Source of the DNA: Candidatus Tectimicrobiota bacterium
Lineage (GTDB): Bacteria > UBA8248
NCBI GenBank assembly: GCA_016192135.1
Contig: JACPUR010000014.1
Span: 10,909 to 74,908, forward strand
DNA: 64,000 nucleotides
Direction of reading: 5' to 3'
Below are positions 18,255 through 26,647 of this stretch, piece by piece. Made by a program: the position numbers and the translations under genes. Numbering within the stretch: position 1 is the first letter of the stretch; every line of letters begins with the position of its first letter. The notes under the pieces are model-generated. The model did not search any database. It worked only from the letters and a program-made list of their open reading frames with translations, and had not been told where the DNA came from.

Positions 18255-18766
18255 CTTTCTTTACACTCGCCACCACTCACACATTTCTTTCCTTCTAATT
18301 TCTTTTCTACTTTTTTGTCACCCATGAAAATGTGGGTCATTAGCGATAACGAACCGTGAATCCGATCAGCAATTGCGATGTACCTTGTTCCCGGCGAAGG
18401 CTTCCACGGACTTATGTATATAAAAGAATGACGTTTTCCTCTTTCCCTGTAAATTTCGATGGGCCTTTCCAGGGAAGGCTTTAACAACGTGAGGCACTTC
18501 ATTTTAAGGATGTTGAATTGATGGCCTCCGGCTTTTGCATCCGAAACCAAGAGATGTCCGAACCTACGCTCGTGAATTAAAATAACCCTTCCAAGTGGAT
18601 CCCGAATCACAACAGGCTTCCCATCCTTAGCCGCTATTAAATTTTCCACGAACCACTTCTGGGCTGATTTGACCTTGAAGGTATGTATTATTTCATCCAG
18701 CAATTGTGGCGATGGCCTAGTTTCAAGGGCCTTCAGCTTCACGATTGATTTCTTCATTTGCCCCAT
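18149..18766 (-). CDS. hypothetical protein, possibly a Barnase/EndoU/RelE-like (PBECR-type) nuclease
   Basis: Low-GC ORF. …RVILIHERRFGHLL…LTLLKPSLERPIEIYRERGKRHSFIYISPW…YIAIADRI… resembles phage PBECR nuclease domains (weak, by eye). The last roughly 35 codons are antisense to the ncRNA 3' end. Confidence 0.45.
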   Translation of the reverse strand: MGQMKKSIVKLKALETRPSPQLLDEIIHTFKVKSAQKWFVENLIAAKDGKPVVIRDPLGRVILIHERRFGHLLVSDAKAGGHQFNILKMKCLTLLKPSLERPIEIYRERGKRHSFIYISPWKPSPGTRYIAIADRIHGSLSLMTHIFMGDKKVEKKLEGKKCVSGGECKERKKGSERMRVASPYERHWPRNCLGTPSIPYSSFPG

Positions 18767-18949
18767 AGCCGGATTTGTTCGCCACCGGAGATATACCAGC
18801 AAGGCTTTTCAAGGCCATTGGCATGCCCAAGCCAGCGCAAACCTATGAAATTTCCCCATTCGATGGCTTCATTGGGAAATTCATTTCACCATAGTGGGAT
18901 AGTGACCCCGGTGCAGGGCCGAAAGGCTGTCACACTTTTGGTTCTCCCC

Positions 18950-20353
18950 CTACCCCTCCCTCGCCCCCTCGGGCATCTTGAACGGCCTCGCGCGCTCGAA
19001 GGCGCGGGCGGCGCGCAGGACGAGGGCGTCCCGGTGCATGGGGCCCACGATCTGGAGCCCGGCGGGGAGGCCCTTCGAGGTGAAGCCGCAGGGGACGGAG
19101 CAGGCGGGCTGGCCGGTGAGGTTGAAGGGGTAGGTGAAGGGGGTCCACTTCACCCAGCGGCCGGGCTCGCCCTCCCCGGGCGCCTCCCGGCCCGCCTCGA
19201 AGGCGGGGATGGGGAGCATGGGGGTCAAGAGCAGGTCCCAGCCCTGGTGGAAGAGCTTCATCTTGCGCCCGAGGGCCGCGCGCTCGGGGACCGAGGCCCG
19301 CACGTAGTCCTCGAGGCGGATGCCGGACCCCATGCGCGCCGCCTCGATGAGGCCGGGGTCCATGAGGGCGTGCTTCTCCCGGGGGATGCCCCCGACGAGG
19401 GTGGCCGCGGCGGCGAAGTAGATGGTCCAGAAGATGCGCTCGGCATCGCCCAGCCCCGGGTCGGCCTCCTCGACCCGGGCGCCCAATTCCTCGAAGGCCC
19501 AGGCGGCCGAGGCCACTCTCTCAGCCACCTCAGCGTCCACCTCCGCCCCGCCCAGCGAGGGGCTGAAGGCGACCCTGAGCCCCGAGACTCCATCCTCCAG
19601 GCCCTCGCGGTAGTCCCGCGCCTCATAGGGGAGGGCGAACCAGTCCCGCGCGTCCGGCCGGGCGAGGGCGTTGAGCATCAGCGCCGCGTCCTCCACGGTG
19701 CGGGTCATGGGGCCCGCGTGGGCGAGGGTGTGGTTGGGGTTGGGGGGATGGGTGGGGACGCGACCGAAGCTGGGCTTGAAGCCGAAGACCCCGGTGAAGC
19801 CCGCCGGGATGCGGATGGAGCCCCCGGCGTCGGTGCCGAGGTGGAGTGCCCCCATCCCCAGGGCGCAGGCCGCGGCGGCCCCCCCGCTGCTCCCGCCCGG
19901 GGTCATGCGGGTGTCCCAGGGGTTGCGGGTGACGCCGGTGAGGGGGGAGTCCGTCACCCCCTTCCAGCCGAGCTCGGGGGTGGTGGTCTTCCCGAGGAGG
20001 ACGGCCCCGCCCTCGCGCAGGCGGGCGGTGGGAGGCGCGTCCTCCCCGGCCGGCGCCTCGTCCGCCGTCTTGCTCCCGCGCCGGGTGGGCCAGCCCCGGG
20101 CGAGCACCAGGTCCTTGATGGTGGCGGGCACCCCGTCCAGGGGCCCGAGGGGCTCCCCGCGCCGCCACCTTTCTTCCGAGGCGCGGGCCGAGGCGAGCGC
20201 CCCCTCTTCGTCCACCAGGCAGAAGGCGTTGACCGCCCCGTCCCAGGCCCGGATGCGATCCAGCGCCGCGCGCGCCGCCTCGACGGGGGAGGCCTTGCCC
20301 GCCCGGTAGAGGGCGGTCAGCTCCCTCACCGGGAGGCGGTAGAGGTCGGTCAT
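18950..20353 (-). CDS. amidase (amidase-signature family)
   Basis: GVPATIKDL…GGSSGGAAAACA signature. Start trimmed to MTDLYRLPVRELT (20353); the upstream part of the ORF is REP-derived. Confidence 0.85.
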   Translation of the reverse strand: MTDLYRLPVRELTALYRAGKASPVEAARAALDRIRAWDGAVNAFCLVDEEGALASARASEERWRRGEPLGPLDGVPATIKDLVLARGWPTRRGSKTADEAPAGEDAPPTARLREGGAVLLGKTTTPELGWKGVTDSPLTGVTRNPWDTRMTPGGSSGGAAAACALGMGALHLGTDAGGSIRIPAGFTGVFGFKPSFGRVPTHPPNPNHTLAHAGPMTRTVEDAALMLNALARPDARDWFALPYEARDYREGLEDGVSGLRVAFSPSLGGAEVDAEVAERVASAAWAFEELGARVEEADPGLGDAERIFWTIYFAAAATLVGGIPREKHALMDPGLIEAARMGSGIRLEDYVRASVPERAALGRKMKLFHQGWDLLLTPMLPIPAFEAGREAPGEGEPGRWVKWTPFTYPFNLTGQPACSVPCGFTSKGLPAGLQIVGPMHRDALVLRAARAFERARPFKMPEGAREG

Positions 20354-20440
20354 GGCCCTGCCCTCCCCGGCGAGGGGGAAACCGCCTGTCACCCATGTGC
20401 CCGGTCTATTCTGGACCCTCACCCTGCGGCGCGTTTTTCC

Positions 20441-20468
20441 GTAGGGGCGAGGCATGCCTCGCCCCTAC
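20441..20468. repeat. family-A REP-like palindrome GTAGGGGCGAGGCATGCCTCGCCCCTAC
   Basis: Perfect 28-nt palindrome, identical to the copy at 23773-23800. Confidence 0.75.
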
Positions 20469-20528
20469 GGACAATTCCGACGGGCTGCGCCCCGGCCGGG
20501 CGGTTCCGGCGTTCGAATGTTCCCCCGC

Positions 20529-22289
20529 CTACTTTCCCCGCTTGGCCGGGATGACGGGCAGCAGGATGTGGCTGGCCCGGCCCTTCCCGGCGTGGATCGT
20601 GACCTTGCCTCCGAAGACCTCGGGCGGGCGGTCCTGGGGGTCGTCGTGCTTGAAGGGCCCGACCCCGGTGAAGACCTCGCCCAGCGTCCCCAGCCCCTTG
20701 GCGCCCCCGCCCGGCCACTCGTAGTCCTTCCCCCGCACGGTCAGGCCGATGCGGTGGCCGGCCGGCACCACGATGGAGGTGACCCACACCTCGACGTCGA
20801 GCTCGTAGACCTGCCCGGGCTTGAGGGGCTGCACCTCGTCGTGGGTGTGGTAGGGCCGCCAGGGGAGCGAGAGCTCCTTGTCGAGCTTGCGGTGGGAGGC
20901 CCGGAGCCAGCCCTGGGCGATGGGGGTGTGGGGATCGAGCGCCCCCATGAAGGTGATCTCCTTCATGTTCGGGTCGAAGGCCCGCAGGATGAGGAAGAGG
21001 TCGGCGTCCCGGGTGGAGGAGGAGACGAAGAGCTTGGCCGCGATGGGGCCGGTGATCTCGGTGTCTTCCTTCAGGGGCGCCGTCAGGAAGGTCACGCCCT
21101 CGCCCAGGCCGCCGTAGCTCACCTTCCCCGAGGCGCCCGCCTTGGTGGTCAGGGCCGCGCCGGCCGGGTCGAGGTAGAACTTGGTCCACTTGGTGCGCTT
21201 CAAGGGCCACTCGCCCTCGGCGCGCTCGGCGAACTTCTCGCCCGGGTGGCGCACCTGGAGCACCACCTTGGGCTGCTTGTCCCAGCCCGTCTTCTCGCCC
21301 TTCAGGAAGTGGCCGAAGAACTTCTTCTGAAGGCTGACCCCGTAGTCGGTGTAGAAGTGGGTCCAGTGCTCGATGCCGTGCATCTCGAGCCACTTCTGCC
21401 GGGAGGCCGAGCGCACGAAGCCCTCAATGTTCCCGCGCGGGTGGAGGCCCTGGCCGCCCCAGTTCCCGGCCGAGAGGAGGGGCACCTGGACCTTCGACCA
21501 GTCGGGCATGCGGGAGGTCCAGTAGCCGTCCGTGGCGAGGGGGTTGCTCACGCAGTCCGGGTAGAAGTCCCGGCGGCTGGCGCCCAACTGCTCCTCGGTC
21601 AGCTCGGCCGGGCCGGCCACCCAGTCCCCGTTCATGCGGCTGCGGTAGCCGCGCGAGCCCTTGCCGTGCTGGACCCGGATGACCTGGGAGGGGAACCAGG
21701 TGCGGCCGAAGGTGCACAGGATGCCGCCGTGGTGGCTCAGGTCGCGGTAGTAGTCCGCCGCGCCCTCCCAGATGCAGATGGCCGCGAGGTGGGGGGGCTG
21801 GAGCGCCGCCACCTGCCACTGGTTCATGGCGTAGTAGGAGATGCCGTTGAGCCCCACCTTCCCGCTGCTCCAGGGCTGCTTGGCGCCCCACTCGATGCAG
21901 TCGTGGAAATCCTTCGCCTCGCGGGCCGACCAGATGTCCAGCAGCCCCGGCGAGCGGCCCGCCCCGCGCGAATCCACCCGCACCACCGCGTAGCCGTCCG
22001 GCACCCACTTCTCGGGGTCCACCACCTCCCAGTTCTGGTACTTGTTCGTGGAGCCCGAGGGCACGTCCGGGTGCTCCTCCGCCATCCGGCGCCACTGGTC
22101 GGTGTAGAGGTCCTCGAAGTGGAGCCACTTGCCGTAGGGGCCGTAGGTCATGATGACGGGGTACTTGCCGCCCTTGATCGGCCGGTAGACGTCGGCCCGG
22201 AGCACCACCTTGTCGTCCATCTGGATCGGAACGTCCCAGTCGATCCGCATCCCGTCCCGGATCTCGCTCTTCGGATATCCGCCGCTCAT
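20529..22289 (-). CDS. CocE/NonD family hydrolase (X-Pro dipeptidyl-peptidase S15-like)
   Basis: RADVYRPIKGGKYPVIMTYGPYGK…VVRVDSRGAGRSPG and a large C-terminal beta domain. Start set at MSGGYPK (22289). Confidence 0.85.
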   Translation of the reverse strand: MSGGYPKSEIRDGMRIDWDVPIQMDDKVVLRADVYRPIKGGKYPVIMTYGPYGKWLHFEDLYTDQWRRMAEEHPDVPSGSTNKYQNWEVVDPEKWVPDGYAVVRVDSRGAGRSPGLLDIWSAREAKDFHDCIEWGAKQPWSSGKVGLNGISYYAMNQWQVAALQPPHLAAICIWEGAADYYRDLSHHGGILCTFGRTWFPSQVIRVQHGKGSRGYRSRMNGDWVAGPAELTEEQLGASRRDFYPDCVSNPLATDGYWTSRMPDWSKVQVPLLSAGNWGGQGLHPRGNIEGFVRSASRQKWLEMHGIEHWTHFYTDYGVSLQKKFFGHFLKGEKTGWDKQPKVVLQVRHPGEKFAERAEGEWPLKRTKWTKFYLDPAGAALTTKAGASGKVSYGGLGEGVTFLTAPLKEDTEITGPIAAKLFVSSSTRDADLFLILRAFDPNMKEITFMGALDPHTPIAQGWLRASHRKLDKELSLPWRPYHTHDEVQPLKPGQVYELDVEVWVTSIVVPAGHRIGLTVRGKDYEWPGGGAKGLGTLGEVFTGVGPFKHDDPQDRPPEVFGGKVTIHAGKGRASHILLPVIPAKRGK

Positions 22290-22455
22290 GTCGCTCCCGT
22301 CCCCCCTGTGTCGGAAAAAGGCGCGGGCCCGCCCCCTGCCCGGGCGGGCGTCACCGTTGGCATGTGGCGCTTCGTGCCGCGAGGCGGCCATTATCCCGCC
22401 GGGGAGGGAATGCGGCAAGGGCGGGGGGGCCATCTATCAGATTGGGCGCAATGAT

Positions 22456-22532
22456 GTCGTGCTGAGCGCAGCGAAGCATCTCGGTTTGAATCCAACCGAG
22501 ATTCTTCGCTCCCTCCGGTCGCTCAGAATGAC
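22456..22532. repeat. family-B inverted-repeat element
   Basis: GTCGTGCTGAGCGCAGCGAAGCATCTCGG…CCGAGATTCTTCGCT…GCTCAGAATGAC. Confidence 0.55.
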
Positions 22533-22558
22533 ATCTTTTTTTCCGTATGCTCCTTTTC

Positions 22559-23728
22559 CTACCCCAGCACCTCCCTTGCGATGAGGGAGCGCTGGATCTG
22601 GTTGGTGCCCTCGATGATCTGGAGCTGCTTGGCGTCGCGCATGAAGCGCTCGAGGGGGTGGTCCTTCATGTAGCCCGCGCCGCCCAGGACCTGGATGGCG
22701 TCCACCGAGACGCGCATGGCGGCGTCCGAGGCGTAGCACTTGGCGGCCGAGACGTAGCGCACGCACTCCCGGCCGTCCCGGCCCGCGTCCACCATGGCCG
22801 CCGCCCGGCGCACGAGGAGCCGCGCCGCCTCGGTCGCGAGGAACATGTCGGCCAGCATGAACTGGATGGCCTGGTGCTCCGCGATGGGCCGGCCGAAGGC
22901 CTCGCGCTCCTTCGCGTAATTCGAGGCGTAGTCGAGGCAGCCCTGGGCGAGCCCCACCCCCCGCGCCCCGATGACGGGCCGGGCCTGGTTGAAGCCCCGC
23001 ATGGCGGCCCGGAAGCCGTTGTGCTCCTCCCCCACCAGGTTCTCCGCCGGGACCCGGCACCCCTCGAGGAGCACCTCGCAGGTGGGGATGCCCCGCATCC
23101 CCATCTTGCGCTCCCGGCGCCCGACCCTGAGCCCCGGCGTCCCCTTGGGCGCGATGAGCATGGAGATGCCCCGGCTCCCGGCGCCCGGGTCGGTCTTGGC
23201 GGCCACCACGATGAAGTCGGCGTGCGCCGAGCCGGTGCAGAAGGCCTTCTGGCCGTCGATGACGAAGGAGTCCCCGTCGCGCGCGGCGCGGGTGCGGATG
23301 TTCGCCACGTCGGAGCCGGCGTGGGGCTCGGTCATGGCGAGGGAGCCGCGCAGCTCCCCGGTGGCCACCCCGCGCAGGTAGCGCTCCTTCTGGGCGGCGC
23401 TTCCCGCCACGGCGATGGGCCGGGTGGCGAGGAGGTGGACCGAGAGGAAGAGGGGGCTGTTCGAGCAGACGCGGGCGATCTCCTCGACCGCGACGCAGGT
23501 GCCGAGGATGCCCATCCCGCTCCCGCCGTACTCGGGCGGGACGTAGAGGCCGAGGAGGCCCTGGGCCTTGAGGAGCTGGAAGACGTCCTCGGGGTACTCC
23601 TCCCTCTCGTCGATCTCGGCGGCGCGGGGGGCGATATGGCGCCCGGCCAGCTCCCGCACCACGCGGCGGAGCATCTCCTGCGGCTCGGTCAGGTGGAAGG
23701 GGAGGCCGGCGGTGCCAGGGGAAGTCAT
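22559..23728 (-). CDS. acyl-CoA dehydrogenase
   Basis: FHLTEPQEMLRRVVRELA…, TEPHAGSDV and a C-terminal QIIEGTNQIQR. ATG 23728 has a GGGAGA RBS; the ORF track start is 23764. Confidence 0.9.
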   Translation of the reverse strand: MTSPGTAGLPFHLTEPQEMLRRVVRELAGRHIAPRAAEIDEREEYPEDVFQLLKAQGLLGLYVPPEYGGSGMGILGTCVAVEEIARVCSNSPLFLSVHLLATRPIAVAGSAAQKERYLRGVATGELRGSLAMTEPHAGSDVANIRTRAARDGDSFVIDGQKAFCTGSAHADFIVVAAKTDPGAGSRGISMLIAPKGTPGLRVGRRERKMGMRGIPTCEVLLEGCRVPAENLVGEEHNGFRAAMRGFNQARPVIGARGVGLAQGCLDYASNYAKEREAFGRPIAEHQAIQFMLADMFLATEAARLLVRRAAAMVDAGRDGRECVRYVSAAKCYASDAAMRVSVDAIQVLGGAGYMKDHPLERFMRDAKQLQIIEGTNQIQRSLIAREVLG

Positions 23729-23772
23729 GTCGGCGTCTCCCGCCTCGTCGGCAAGGGTTGTCATGCCCTTTT

Positions 23773-23800
23773 GTAGGGGCGAGGCATGCCTCGCCCCTAC
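23773..23800. repeat. family-A REP-like palindrome (identical copy)
   Basis: GTAGGGGCGAGGCATGCCTCGCCCCTAC. Confidence 0.75.
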
Positions 23801-23831
23801 GGATTGGAATCGTGGGGCTGTTTCCTCGCCC

Positions 23832-24575
23832 CTATATCGCCATCCCGCCGTCCACCCGCAGGACGTGGCCGGTGACGTAGCTCGCGTCGTCCGAGGCGAG
23901 GAAGACGAAGCCCGCCGCCATCTCCTCGGGCGTGCCCCAGCGGCCGAGCGCGATGCGCTCCAGGTACTTCTGCTCGAAGCGGGGGTCGGTGCGGATGGTC
24001 TCGGTCATGGGAGTGACGGCCGCGGGGGAGATGCAGTTCACGGTGATGTTGTAGCGGCCGAGCTCGCGGGCCGCGCTCTTCGTGGCCCCGACGATGCCCA
24101 TCTTGGCCGAGGAGTAGTTGATCTGCCCGATGGTTCCGCGCAGCCCCGCCCCCGAGGTGACGTTGATGATGCGCCCGCGCTTGAGCGGGATCATCCGCTT
24201 GGCGGCGGCGTGGAGGCCGTTCCAGGTGCCCTTCAGGTGAACGGCGATCACCTCGTCCCACTGCTGCTCGGTCATCTTGTGGAGCATGGCGGCGCGCACG
24301 ATACCCGCGTTGTTCACCATCACGTCCACGGGGGCGTAGGCCTTCTCGCAGGCGTCGAGCACGGCCTCGACCTCGGAGAGCTTGCTCACGTCCGCCCGGT
24401 GGAACCGGGCCTCCCCGCCCGCCTCCCGCGCGAGCCGGGCGGTCTCCTCCCCCCCCGCCTCGTTCAGATCCACCGCCACCACCCGGGCGCCCTCGCGGGC
24501 GAAGGCCACCACCACCGCGCGGCCTATGCCCTGGGCCGCCCCCGTCACCACCGCGGCTTTCCCCTTGAGACGCAT
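23832..24575 (-). CDS. SDR family oxidoreductase (FabG-like)
   Basis: LKGKAAVVTGAAQGIGRA…NNAG…YSSAKMG… ATG 24575 follows GGGAGG. Confidence 0.9.
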   Translation of the reverse strand: MRLKGKAAVVTGAAQGIGRAVVVAFAREGARVVAVDLNEAGGEETARLAREAGGEARFHRADVSKLSEVEAVLDACEKAYAPVDVMVNNAGIVRAAMLHKMTEQQWDEVIAVHLKGTWNGLHAAAKRMIPLKRGRIINVTSGAGLRGTIGQINYSSAKMGIVGATKSAARELGRYNITVNCISPAAVTPMTETIRTDPRFEQKYLERIALGRWGTPEEMAAGFVFLASDDASYVTGHVLRVDGGMAI

Positions 24576-24608
24576 CGGACCTCCCGTGAAGATGGACGAA
24601 GAAGACAC

Positions 24609-24947
24609 TCGACGAAAAAGCCCGGGCGAACACGAGGTTCGCCCCTACAGATCAGGCAGTCCGTAGGGGCGATGCTTGTCATCGCCCTCCGTGACGCGGC
24701 GCCGGCCGGTCCGCAGGGGCGTATTGCCATGCGCCCCTACAGGGCATCCACGCGCCGCGGGTTCCGTAGGGGCGGCCCCCCGTGGCCGCCCCTCACACGG
24801 GGCAGGCACGGGGGCCTGCCCCTACAGGAAATTTTCGCCGGTGACGAAACCGCCGAGGGCGAACACGAGGTTCGCCCCTACAGAATTTGGTGCGTTTCCG
24901 CAGGGGCGTATTGCCATGCGCCCCTACGTTCCCATCCGCCCACCCCC
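24609..24947. repeat. dense array of at least 7 family-A REP-like palindromes filling a whole intergenic region
   Basis: Units of the form (GTA)GGGGC-[variable palindromic core]-GCCCCTAC, for example GGGGCGTATTGCCATGCGCCCCTAC (x2), GCGAACACGAGGTTCGCCCCTACAG (x2) and GTAGGGGCGGCCCCCCGTGGCCGCCCCTC. Confidence 0.7.
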
Positions 24948-25349
24948 CTACTCCATCCACGCCTCGGCGCTACCGGCGGTGACGACCGCCCCCTCCTGGT
25001 TCATGGCCTCGATCTCGCACACGGCGAGCGCCCGCCCGCCCGCCTCGCGGACTTCCTTCACCCGCCCCCGGCAGGTGACGCTGTCCCCGAGCCGCACCAT
25101 CCCCCGGAAGTTCACCTCGATCTTCCGCGTCATCCCCGGGCCGAAGGCGGCCTCGACGAACTGGCCGAGGAAACCCATGGAGAGCATCCCGTGGGCGATG
25201 ACGCTGGGCAGGCCCCGCGCCCGCGCCGCCCCGTCGTCGAAGTGGATGGGGTTGAAATCCCCGCTCGCCCCCGCGTACCTCACGAGCTGGACGCGTGCGA
25301 CGGGCGGCTTCGCCAGCTCGGGCAGGGCGTCACCCGCCATGTAACGCAT
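24948..25349 (-). CDS. MaoC-like (R)-hydratase hotdog-fold protein
   Basis: YAGASGDFNPIHFDDGAARARGLPSVIAHGML motif. Confidence 0.85.
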   Translation of the reverse strand: MRYMAGDALPELAKPPVARVQLVRYAGASGDFNPIHFDDGAARARGLPSVIAHGMLSMGFLGQFVEAAFGPGMTRKIEVNFRGMVRLGDSVTCRGRVKEVREAGGRALAVCEIEAMNQEGAVVTAGSAEAWME

Positions 25350-25532
25350 GGGTGCCTCCTGGCAGCGGAATCCAATGTTGTTCAGCGTCCAACGATAAAT
25401 CCGGGGGCACAGCGCATCCGCGCCCTCCCTCTCCCTTTGGGAGAGGGTTTACGACCCGACGGAGAAGCAGGGGGCGAGGCATGCCTTGCCCCTACGGATG
25501 GGGGCGCGAATCCGGGAAAAAGGAACCGCCCC

Positions 25533-26165
25533 CTACCTCCGCAGCAGCTTGACGGCGATGTTGGCCCCGTTGCCGAGCTGGTAGGCCAGGCACACCCAGA
25601 GCAGCGCCAGGTGCTCGAGCTGGCGGGCCGCCGCGAGGGGGCCGCAGTCCACCACCTCGAAGCCCAGGTCCTCCATGAGCCGGCCTACCGTCTTCTTGGC
25701 CCCGGCGTCCTCTCCGCAGATGAACATGGAGATGTCCTGGTCCCCGTAGCGGGGGTTCTCCATGTTTGCCGACCCGGTGGTGCTCAGCCCCTTCACCACC
25801 TTCGCCCCCTTCGCCCAGGAGGCCACCTGCTCGGCGGCCGAGGTGTCCGGCCCGACCGCGAGGCCCGAGAGGTCGGGCTTCAGCGGATTGGTGCAGTCGA
25901 TGACGACCTTCCCGGCGAGGCTCCCCGCCGCGGCGAGGGCCTCCTTCGTCCCCGCCCAGGGGGTGGCGAGCACCACCACCTCGCCGTGGGCGGCCGCCTG
26001 GGCGATGGTCGCGGCCTTCGCCTTCCCTCCGGAGGCGCCCATCAGTTCCTTGACCTTCGCCGCGCCCGGGTCGCGGGAGCCGAACACCACCTCGTGCCCC
26101 ATGGCCGCCCAGCGCTTCCCCACCGCCCCGCCGACCTTGCCCGTCCCGATGATCCCGATCTTCAT
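25533..26165 (-). CDS. NAD(P)-binding oxidoreductase, NADPH-dependent F420 reductase (Npd)-like
   Basis: MKIGIIGTGKVGGAVGKRWAAMGHEVVFGSRDP… ATG 26165 follows GAGGAG. Confidence 0.7.
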   Translation of the reverse strand: MKIGIIGTGKVGGAVGKRWAAMGHEVVFGSRDPGAAKVKELMGASGGKAKAATIAQAAAHGEVVVLATPWAGTKEALAAAGSLAGKVVIDCTNPLKPDLSGLAVGPDTSAAEQVASWAKGAKVVKGLSTTGSANMENPRYGDQDISMFICGEDAGAKKTVGRLMEDLGFEVVDCGPLAAARQLEHLALLWVCLAYQLGNGANIAVKLLRR

Positions 26166-26196
26166 GATGGCAGTCTCCTCATGCGCCGGATGCGCG

Positions 26197-26631
26197 TCAG
26201 GGGTCGAAGCGCCGCAGCGACACCCACTTGCCCCCGCCCGCCCTCGCCCCCGTCCTCGCGTCGGTGAATTCGTAGGTCCGCTCGATGAACACCAGGTCCC
26301 CGCTCCGGCCACCCTTCTCGTAGATGTCCGTGACGGTGAACGAGACGTCCAGGACGTCCCCCGCCCGGAGCGGCCGCTCGAACTCGTAGGACTGGGAGGC
26401 GTGGAGCCCCACGTCGCCGAAGTCCGCCGGCACGTCGGGGTAGTCCCCCTCGGGCCGGAAGGTGGCCGGGAAGGTGGGGGGCACGATGGGGCTCTCCCCC
26501 CGGTAGGCGGGGCTCGGGTCCCCGATCGCCTCGGCGAAGCGGCGGATGGCCCCCGCCTCCACGGCGACCCGGTAGGGGCCGTGCGTCCGCCCCTTGAGGG
26601 CCGCGATCCCGGGGGTGATGCGGTTCGGCAT
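26197..26631 (-). CDS. MaoC-family dehydratase N-terminal-type hotdog protein
   Basis: …YRVAVEAGAIRRFAEAIGDPSPAY… …PPTFP… pattern of the MaoC_dehydrat_N partner subunit. Confidence 0.75.
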   Translation of the reverse strand: MPNRITPGIAALKGRTHGPYRVAVEAGAIRRFAEAIGDPSPAYRGESPIVPPTFPATFRPEGDYPDVPADFGDVGLHASQSYEFERPLRAGDVLDVSFTVTDIYEKGGRSGDLVFIERTYEFTDARTGARAGGGKWVSLRRFDP

Positions 26632-26647
26632 GGGGGACTCTCCTCGG

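Noticed and set aside
24609-24947. Possible CRISPR array, given the many short repeats in one intergenic region.
   Set aside because: The units are individually palindromic, with variable cores and irregular spacing, and there are no unique spacers of constant length. The same motif is scattered singly across the window, and no cas genes are present. It is a REP/BIME-like array.
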